From contig OZ176051.1 in assembly GCA_964247055.1 (NCBI GenBank), positions 558,001 through 622,000 on the forward strand: a stretch of DNA of 64,000 bases, given 5' to 3'. This DNA is from Paragordius varius (lineage: Eukaryota; Animalia; Nematomorpha). The notes below the pieces were generated by a model. The model was not told where the DNA came from and searched no databases. It saw only the letters and a list, made by a program, of their open reading frames with translations. A program made the translations under genes and the position numbers. This document shows, piece by piece, positions 1-10,000 of this stretch (its first letter is position 1; each line of letters starts with the position of its first letter).

Positions 1-29
1 AAACTTTGTCCTTAAAAATCGGATATTGG

Positions 30-39
30 TCACCGGTGA
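30..39. other. 10-bp perfect palindrome tcaccggtga (contains SgrAI/AgeI sites, overlaps a BstEII site ggtcacc), in most monomers
   Basis: Read directly from the sequence; disrupted in several variant monomer classes (gctgacagg, gtcatagg, tcacgg, caccgatg, caccagtg). Confidence 0.95.
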
Positions 40-83
40 ACAAAATTATTTTTTATACATTCTCTTAGTAAGACTACATCAAA

Positions 84-115
84 ATATAGAGATAGTTTGA
101 CAAACTCTTTCATAT
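84..115. other. Imperfect dyad / potential hairpin centred on agtttg-a-caaact (94-106)
   Basis: agtttg and caaact are reverse complements around a 1-nt centre; pairing extends imperfectly to atatagagat...ctttcatat. Actual folding is not demonstrated. Confidence 0.8.
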
Positions 116-901
116 CCGATTTTTACAACGATACTTTAAAAATTATGGTATTAAACCAGTCGCATCAATACTCAAGTTAAACTTTGTCCTTAAAAATTGA
201 ATATTGGTCACCGGTGAACAAAATTATTTTTTATACATTCTCTTAGTAAGACTACATCAAAATATAGAGATAGTTTGGCAAACTCTTTCATATCCGATTT
301 TTACAACGATACTTTAAAAATTAATGTATAAAACTAGTCGCATCCATACTCAAGTTAAACTTTGTCCTTAAATCGGATATTGGTCACCGGTGAACAAAAT
401 TATTTTTTATACATTCTCTTAGTAAGACTACATCAAAATATAGAGATAGTTTGACAAACTCTTTCATATCCAATTTTTACAACGATACTTTAAAAATTAT
501 GGTATTAAACCAGTCGCATCAATACTCAAGCTAAACATTGTCCTTAAAAATCGGATATTGGTCACCGGTGAACAAAACTATTTTTTATACATTCTCTTAG
601 TAAGACTACATCAAAATATAGAGATAGTTTGACAAACTCTTTCATATCCGATTTTTACAACGATATTTAAAAATTAATGTATAAAACTAGTCGTATCAAT
701 AAATCGCATACACACTCAAGTTAAACTTTGTCCTTAAAAATCGCATATTGGTCACCGATGAACAAAATTTTTTTTTATACATTTTCTTAGTAAGACTACA
801 TCAAAATATAGAGATAGTTTGACAAACTCTTTCATATCCGATTTTTACAACGATACTTTAAAAATTAATGTATTAAACTAGTCGCATCAATACTCAAGCT
901 A

Positions 902-3900
902 AAACTTTGTCCTTAAAAATCGGATATTGGTCACCGGTGAACAAAATTATTTTTTATACATTCTCTTAGTAAGACTACATCAAAATATAGAGATAGTTTG
1001 ACAAACTCTTTCATATCCGATTTTTACAACGATACTTTAAAAATTAATGTATAAAACTAGTCGTATCAATAAATCGCATCAATACTCAAGTTAAACTTTG
1101 TCCTTAAAAATCGGATATTGGTCACCGGTGAACAAAATTATTTTTTATACATTCTCTTAGTAAGACTACATCAAAATATAGAGATAGTTTGACAAACTCT
1201 TTCATATCCGATTTTTACAACGATACTTTAAAAATTATGGTATTAAACCAGTCGCATCAATACTCAAGTTAAACTTTGTCCTTAAAAATTGAATATTGGT
1301 CACCGGTGAACAAAATTATTTTTTATACATTCTCTTAGTAAGACTACATCAAAATATAGAGATAGTTTGGCAAACTCTTTCATATCCGATTTTTACAACG
1401 ATACTTTAAAAGTTAATGTATAAAACTAGTCGCATCCATACTCAAGTTAAACTTTGTCCTTAAATCGGATATTGGTCACCGGTGAACAAAATTATTTTTT
1501 ATACATTCTCTTAGTAAGACTACATCAAAATATAGAGATAGTTTGACAAACTCTTTCATATCCAATTTTTACAACGATATTTAAAAATTAATGTATAAAA
1601 CTAGTCGTATCAATAAATCGCATACACACTCAAGTTAAACTTTGTCCTTAAAAATCGCATATTGGTCACCGATGAACAAAATTTTTTTTTATACATTTTC
1701 TTAGTAAGACTACATCAAAATATAGAGATAGTTTGACAAACTCTTTCATATCAGATTTTTACAACGATACTTTAAAAATTAATGTGTTAAACTAGTCGCA
1801 TCAATACTCAAGTTAAACTTTGTCCTTAAAAATCGGATATTGGTCACCGGTGAACAAAATAATTTTTTATACATTCTCTTAGTAAGACTACATCAAAATA
1901 TAGCGATAGCTTGACAAACTCTTTCATATCCGATTTTTACAACGATACTTTAAAAATTAATGTGTTAAACTAGTCGCATCAATACTCAAGTTAAACTTTG
2001 TCCTTAAAAATCGGATATTGGTCACCGGTGAACAAAATTATTTTTTATACATTCTCTTATAAGACTACATCAAAATTTAGAGATAGTTTGACAAACTCTT
2101 TCATATCCAATTTTTACAACGATACTTTAAAAATTATGGTATTAAACCAGTCGCATCAATACTCAAGTTAAACTTTGTCCTTAAAAATCGGATACTGGTC
2201 ACCGGTGAACAAAATTATTTTTTATACATTCTCTTAGCAAGACTACATCAAAATATAGAGATAGTTTGACAAACTTTTTCATATCCGATTTTTACAACGA
2301 TACTTTAAAAATTAATGTATAAAACTAGTCGTATCAATAAATCGCATCAATACTCAAGTTAAACTTTGTCCTTAAAAATCGAATATTGGTCACCGGTGAA
2401 CAAAATTATTTTTTATACATTCTCTTAGTAAGACTACATCAAAATATAGAGATAGTTTGAAAAACTCTTTCATATCCGATTTTTACAACGATAGTTTAAA
2501 AATTAATGTGTTAAACTAGTCCCATCAATACTCAAGTTAAACTTTGTCCTTAAAAATCGGATATTGGTCATAGGTGAACAAATTTATTTTTTATACCTTC
2601 TCTTAGTAAAACTACATCAAAATATAGAGATAGTTTGACAAACTCTTTCATATCCGATTTTTACAACGATACTTTAAAAATTAATGTATAAAACTAGTCG
2701 CATCAATACTCAAGTTAAACTTTGTCCTTAAAAATCGAATATTGGTCACCGGTGAACAAAATTATTTTTTATACATTCTCTTAGTAAGACTACATCAAAA
2801 TATAGAGATAGTTTGACAAACTCTTTCATATCCGATTTTTACAACGATACTTTAAAAATTAATGTGTTAAACTAGTCGCATCAATACTCAAGTTAAACTT
2901 TGTCCTTAAAAATCGGATATTGGTCACCGGTGAACAAAATTATTTTTTATACATTCTCTTAGTAAGACTACATCAAAATATAGAGATAGTTTGACAAACT
3001 CTTTCATATCCGATTTTTACAACGATACTTTAAAAATTATGGCATTAAACCAGTCTCATCAATACTCAAGTTAAACTTTGTCCTTAAAAATCGGATATTG
3101 GTCACCGGTGAACAAAATTATTTTTTATACATTCTCTTAGTAAGACTACATCAAAATATAGAAATAGTTTGACAAATTCTTTCATATCCGATTTTTACAA
3201 CGATACTTTAAAAATTAATGTATTAAACTAGTCGCATCAATACTCAACTTAAACTTTGTCCTTAAAAATCGGATATTGGTCACCGGTGAACAAAATTATT
3301 TTTTATACATTTTCTTAGCAAGACTACATCAAAATATAGAGATAGTTTGACGAACTTTTTCATATCCGATTTTTACAACGATACTTTAAAAATTAATGTA
3401 TTAAACTAGTCGCATCAATACTCAAGCTAAAACTTTGTCCTTAAAAATCGGATATTGGTCACCGGTGAACAAAATTATTTTTTATACATTCTCTTAGTAA
3501 GACTACATCAAAATATAGAGATAGTTTGACAAACTCTTTCATATCCGATTTTTACAACGATACTTTAAAAATTAATGTATAAAACTAGTCGTATCAATAA
3601 ATCGCATCAATACTCAAGTTAAACTTTGTCCTTAAAAATCGGATATTGGTCACCGGTGAACAAAATTATTTTTTATACATTCTCTTAGTAAGACTACATC
3701 AAAATATAGAGATAGTTTGACAAACTCTTTCATATCCGATTTTTACAACGATACTTTAAAAATTATGGTATTAAACCAGTCGCATCAATACTCAAGTTAA
3801 ACTTTGTCCTTAAAAATTGAATATTGGTCACCGGTGAACAAAATTATTTTTTATACATTCTCTTAGTAAGACTACATCAAAATATAGAGATAGTTTGGCA

Positions 3901-4790
3901 AACTCTTTCATATCCGATTTTTACAACGATACTTTAAAAGTTAATGTATAAAACTAGTCGCATCCATACTCAAGTTAAACTTTGTCCTTAAATCGGATAT
4001 TGGTCACCGGTGAACAAAATTATTTTTTATACATTCTCTTAGTAAGACTACATCAAAATATAGAGATAGTTTGACAAACTCTTTCATATCCAATTTTTAC
4101 AACGATATTTAAAAATTAATGTATAAAACTAGTCGTATCAATAAATCGCATACACACTCAAGTTAAACTTTGTCCTTAAAAATCGCATATTGGTCACCGA
4201 TGAACAAAATTTTTTTTTATACATTTTCTTAGTAAGACTACATCAAAATATAGAGATAGTTTGACAAACTCTTTCATATCCGATTTTTACAACGATACTT
4301 TAAAAATTAATGTGTTAAACTAGTCGCATCAATACTCAAGTTAAACTTTGTCCTTAAAAATCGGATATTGGTCACCGGTGAACAAAATAATTTTTTATAC
4401 ATTCTCTTAGTAAGACTACATCAAAATATAGCGATAGCTTGACAAACTCTTTCATATCCGATTTTTACAACGATACTTTAAAAATTAATGTGTTAAACTA
4501 GTCGCATTAATACTCAAGTTAAACTTTGTCCTTAAAAATCGGATATTGGTCACCGGTGAACAAAATTATTTTTTATACATTCTCTTATAAGACTACATCA
4601 AAATATAGAGATAGTTTGACAAACTCTTTCATATCCGATTTTTACAACGATACTTTAAAAATTATGGTATTAAACCAGTCGCATCAATACTCAAGTTAAA
4701 CTTTGTCCTTAAAAATCGGATACTGGTCACCGGTGAACAAAATTATTTTTTATACATTCTCTTAGCAAGACTACATCAAAATATAGAGAT
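902..4790. repeat. 14-mer HOR, period 2528 bp (902-~2270 repeated at 3430-~4790)
   Basis: Eight consecutive diagnostic monomers match at offset 2528: 902/3430, 1093/3621, 1271/3799, 1449/3977, 1637/4165, 1815/4343, 1993/4521 (cttataag deletion), 2170/4698 (ggatactgg). Confidence 0.9.
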
Positions 4791-7024
4791 AGTTTGACAA
4801 ACTCTTTCATATCCGATTTTTACAACGATACTTTAAAAATTATGGCATTAAACCAGTCTCATCAATACTCAAGTTAAACTTTGTCCTTAAAAATCGGATA
4901 TTGGTCACCGGTGAACAAAATTATTTTTTATACATTCTCTTAGTAAGACTACATCAAAATATAGAAATAGTTTGACAAATTCTTTCATATCCGATTTTTA
5001 CAACGATACTTTAAAATTTAATGTATTAAACTAGTCGCATCAATACTCAACTTAAACTTTGTCCTTAAAAATCGGATATTGGTCACCGGTGAACAAAATT
5101 ATTTTTTATACATTTTCTTAGCAAGACTACATCAAAATATAGAGATAGTTTAACGAACTTTTTCATATCCGATTTTTACAACGATACTTTAAAAATTAAT
5201 GTATTAAACTAGTCGCATCAATACTCAACTTAAACTTTGTCCTTAAAAATCGGATATTGGTCACCGGTGAACAAAATTATTTTTTATACATTCTCTTAGC
5301 AAGACTACATCAAAATATAGAGATAGTTTGACAAACTTTTTCATATCCGATTTTTACAACGATACTTTAAAAATTAATGTATAAAACTAGTCGTATCAAT
5401 AAATCGCATCAATACTCAAGTTAAACTTTGTCCTTAAAAATCGGATATTGATCACCGGTGAACAAAATTATTTTTTATACGTTCTCTTAGTAGGACTACA
5501 TCAAAATATAGAGATAGTTTGGCAAACTCTTTCATATCCGATTTATACAACGATACTTTAAAAATTAATGTATAAAACTAGTCGCATCAATACTCAAGTT
5601 AAACTTTGTCCTTAAAAATCGAATATTGGTCACCGGTGAACAAAATTATTTTGTATACGTTCTCTTAGTAGGACTACATCAAAATATAGAGATAGTTTGA
5701 CAAACTCTTTCATATCCGATTTTTACAACGATACTTTAAAAATTATGGTATTAAACCAGTCGCATCAATACTCAAGTTAAACTTTGTGCTTAAAAATCGG
5801 ATATTGGTCACCGGTGAACAAAATTATTTTTTATACATTCTCTAAGTAAGACTACATCAAAATATAGAAATAGTTTGACAAATTCTTTCATATCCGATTT
5901 TTACAACGATACTTTAAAAATTAATGTATTAAACTAGTCGCATCAATACTCAACTTAAACTTTGTCCTTAAAAATCGGATATTGGTCACCGGTGAACAAA
6001 ATTATTTTTTATACATTCTCTTAGCAAGACTACATCAAAATATAGAGATAGTTTGACAAACTTTTTCATATCCGATTTTTACAACGATACTTTAAAAATT
6101 AATGTATTAAACTAGTCGCATCAATACTCAACTTAAACTTTGTCCTTAAAAATCGGATATTGGTCACCGGTGAACAAAATTATTTTTTATACATTCTCTT
6201 AGCAAGACTACATCAAAATATAGAGATAGTTTGACAAACTCTTTCATATCCGATTTTTACAACGATACTTTAAAAATTAATGTGTTAAACTAGTCGCATC
6301 AATACTCAAGTTAAACTTTGTCCTTAAAAATCGGATATTGGTCACCGGTGAACAAAATTATTTTTTATACATTCTCTTAGCAAGACTACATCAAAATATA
6401 GAGATAGTTTGACAAACTTTTTCATATCCGATTTTTACAACGATACTTTAAAAATTAATGTGTTAAACTAGTCGCATCAATACTCAAGTTAAACTTTGTC
6501 CTTAAAAATCGGATATTGGTCACCGGTGAACAAAATTATTTTTTATACATTCTCTTAGCAAGACTACATCAAAATATAGAGATAGTTTGACAAACTTTTT
6601 CATATCCGATTTTTACAACGATACTTTAAAAATTAATGTATTAAACTAGTCGCATCAATACTCAACTTAAACTTTGTCCTTAAAAATCGGATATTGGTCA
6701 CCGGTGAACAAAATTATTTTTTATACATTCTCTTAGCAAGACTACATCAAAATATAGAGATAGTTTGACAAACTCTTTCATATCCGATTTTTACAACGAT
6801 ACTTTAAAAATTAATGTGTTAAGCTAGTCGCATCAATACTCAAGTTAAACTTTGTCCTTAAAAATCGGATATTGGTCACCGGTGAACAAAATTATTTTTT
6901 ATACATTCTCTTAGTAAGACTACATCAAAATATAGAGATAGTTTGACAAACTCTTTCATATCCGATTTTTACAACGATACTTTAAAAATTATGGTATTAA
7001 ACCAGTCGCATCAATACTCAAGTT

Positions 7025-10000
7025 AAACTTTGTGCTTAAAAATCGGATATTGGTCACCGGTGAACAAAATTATTTTTTATACATTCTCTAAGTAAGACTA
7101 CATCAAAATATAGAAATAGTTTGACAAATTCTTTCATATCCGATTTTTACAACGATACTTTAAAAATTAATGTATTAAACTAGTCGCATCAATACTCAAC
7201 TTAAACTTTGTCCGTAAAAATCGGATATTGGTCACCGGTGAACAAAATTATTTTTTATACATTCTCTTAGCAAGACTACATCAAAATATAGAGATAGTTT
7301 GACAAACTTTTTCATATCCGATTTTTACAACGATACTTTAAAAATTAATGTGTTAAACTAGTCGCATCAATACTCAAGTTAAACTTTGTCCTTAAAAATC
7401 GGATATTGGTCACCGGTGAACAAAATAATTTTTTATACATTCTCTTAGTAAGACTACATCAAAATATAGAGATAGTTTGACAAACTTTTTCATATCCGAT
7501 TTTTACAACGATACTTTAAAAATTATGGTATTAAACCAGTCGCATCAATACTCAACTTAAACTTTGTCCTTAAAAATCGGATATTGGTCACCGGTGAACA
7601 AAACAATTTTTTATACATTCTCTTAGTAAGACTACATCAAAATATAGAAATAGTTTGACATACTCTTTCATATCCGATTTTTACAACGATACTTTAAAAA
7701 TTAATGTGTTAAACTAGTCGCATCAATACTCAAGTTAAACTTTGTCCTTAAAAATCGGATATTGGTCACCGGTGAACAAAATTATTTTTTATACATTCTC
7801 TTAGTAAGACTACATCAAAATATAGAGATAGTTTGACAAACTCTTTCATATCCAATTTTTACAACGATACTTTAAAAATTATGGTATTAAACCAGTCGCA
7901 TCAATACTCAAGCTAAACATTGTCCTTAAAAATCGGATATTGGTCACCGGTGAACAAAACTATTTTTTATACATTCTCTTATTAAGACTACATCAAAATA
8001 TAGAGATAGTTTGACAAACTCTTTCATATCCGATTTTTACAACGATATTTAAAAATTAATGTATAAAACTAGTCGTATCAATAAATCGCATACACACTCA
8101 AGTTAAACTTTGTCCTTAAAAATCGCATATTGGTCACCGATGAACAAAATTATTTTTTATACATTCTCTTAGTAAGACTACATCAAAATATAGAGATAGT
8201 TTGACAAACTCTTTCATATCCGATTTTTACAACGATACTTTAAAAATTAATGTATTAAACTAGTCGCATCAATACTCAAGCTAAAACTTTGTCCTTAAAA
8301 ATCGGATATTGATCACCGGTGAACAAAATTATTTTTTATACATTCTCTTAGTAAGACTACATCAAAATATAGAGATAGTTTGACAAACTCTTTCATATCC
8401 GATTTTTACAACGATACTTTAAAAATTAATGTATAAAACTAGTCGTATCAATAAATCGCATCAATACTCAAGTTAAACTTTGTCCTTAAAAATCGGATAT
8501 TGGTCACCGGTGAACAAAATTATTTTTTATACATTCTCTTAGTAAGACTACATCAAATTATAGAGATAGTTTGACAAACTCTTTCATATCCGATTTTTAC
8601 AACGATACTTTAAAAATTATGGTATTAAACCAGTCGCATCAATACTCAAGTTAAACTTTGTCCTTAAAAATCGGATATTGGTCACCGGTGAACAAAATTA
8701 TTTTTTATACATTCTCTTAGTAAGACTACATCAAAATATAGAAATAGTTTGACAAACTCTTTCATATCCGATTTTTACAACGATACTTTAAAAATTATGG
8801 TATTAAACCAGTCGCATCAATACTCAAGTTAAACTTTGTTCTTAAAAATCGGATATTGCTCACCGGTGAACAAAATTATTTTTTATACATTCTCTTAGTA
8901 AGATTACATCAAAATATAGAGATAGTTTGACAAACTCTTTCATATCCGATTTTTACAACGATACTTTAAAAATTATTGTATTAAACCAGTCGCATCAATA
9001 CTCAAGTTAAACTTTGTCCTTAAAAATCGGATATTGATCACCGGTGAACAAAATTATTTTTTATACATTCTCTTAGTAAGACTACATCAAAATATAGAGA
9101 TAGTTTGACAAACTCTTTCATATCCGATTTTTACAACGATACTTTAAAAATTAATGTATAAAACTAGTCGTATCAATAAATCGCATCAATACTCAAGTTA
9201 AACTTTGTCCTTAAAAATCGGATATTGATCACCGGTGAACAAAATTATTTTTTATACATTCTCTTTGTAGGACTACATCAAAATATAGAGATAGTTTGGC
9301 AAACTCTTTCATATCCGATTTTTACAACGATACTTTAAAAATTAATGTATAAAACTAGTCGCATCAATACTCAAGTTAAACTTTGTCCTTAAAAATTGAA
9401 TATTGGTCACCGGTGAACAAAATTATTTTTTATACATTCTCTTAGTAAGACTACATCAAAATATAGAGATAGTTTGGCAAACTCTTTCATATCCGATTTT
9501 TACAACGATACTTTAAAAATTAATGTATAAAACTAGTCGCATCAATACTCAAGTTAAACTTTGTCCTTAAAAATCAGATATTGCTCACCGGTGAACAAAA
9601 TTATTTTTTATACATTCTCTTAGTAAGACTACATTAAAATATAGAGATAGTTTGACAAACTCTTTCATATCCGATTTTTACAACGATACTTTAAAAATTA
9701 TTGTATTAAACCAGTCGCATCAATACTCAAGTTAAACTTTGTCCTTAAAAATCGGATATTGGTCACCGGTGAACAAAATTATTTTTTATACATTCTCTTA
9801 GTAAGACTACATCAAAATATAGAGATAGTTTGACAAACTCTTTCATATCCGATTTTTACAACGATACTTTAAAAATTATGGTATTAAACCAGTCGCATCA
9901 ATACTCAAGTTAAACTTTGTGCTTAAAAATCGGATATTGGTCACCGGTGAACAAAATTATTTTTTATACATTCTCTAAGTAAGACAACATCAAAATATAG

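Larger units (their letters stand above)
13..125. repeat. 14-bp perfect inverted repeat inside the monomer (shown for monomer 1; present in most monomers)
   Basis: taaaaatcggatat (13-26) is the exact reverse complement of atatccgattttta (112-125); spacer is 85 bp within a monomer and 65 bp to the next monomer's left arm. Confidence 0.97.
1..1636. repeat. 6-mer HOR, period 1092 bp (about 1.5 copies; second copy collapses monomers 3 and 4)
   Basis: The ttgaatat/tttggc/catccat monomer is at 179 and 1271 and the cttaaatc/atccaat monomer at 357 and 1449. Monomer 1449 has the head of monomer 357 and the long tail of monomer 533. Confidence 0.85.

Noticed and set aside
14-142. Phased A-tracts causing intrinsic curvature
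   Set aside because: A/T tracts exist (14-18, 42-45, 49-54, 81-84, 120-124, 138-142), but their spacing is not a clear 10-11 bp series; a bendability calculation would be needed.
131-160. Promoter-like TATA or -10 elements in AT-rich stretches
   Set aside because: Such motifs are expected by chance at 71% AT, and there is no downstream gene or evidence of transcription.
1-178. Identification as Arabidopsis CEN178, Brassica CentBr or primate alpha satellite
   Set aside because: Only the length is similar; I recognise no shared sequence. A database search is needed, so no family name is assigned.
1-178. tRNA, 5S rRNA, snRNA or other RNA-gene tandem array
   Set aside because: No cloverleaf, Pol III A/B/C boxes or recognisable rRNA/snRNA motifs; 29% GC and free mutation of the stems do not fit a structural RNA.
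1-178. Monomer built from two 89-bp direct subrepeats
   Set aside because: The halves do not align as direct repeats by eye; the only clear internal similarity is inverted.
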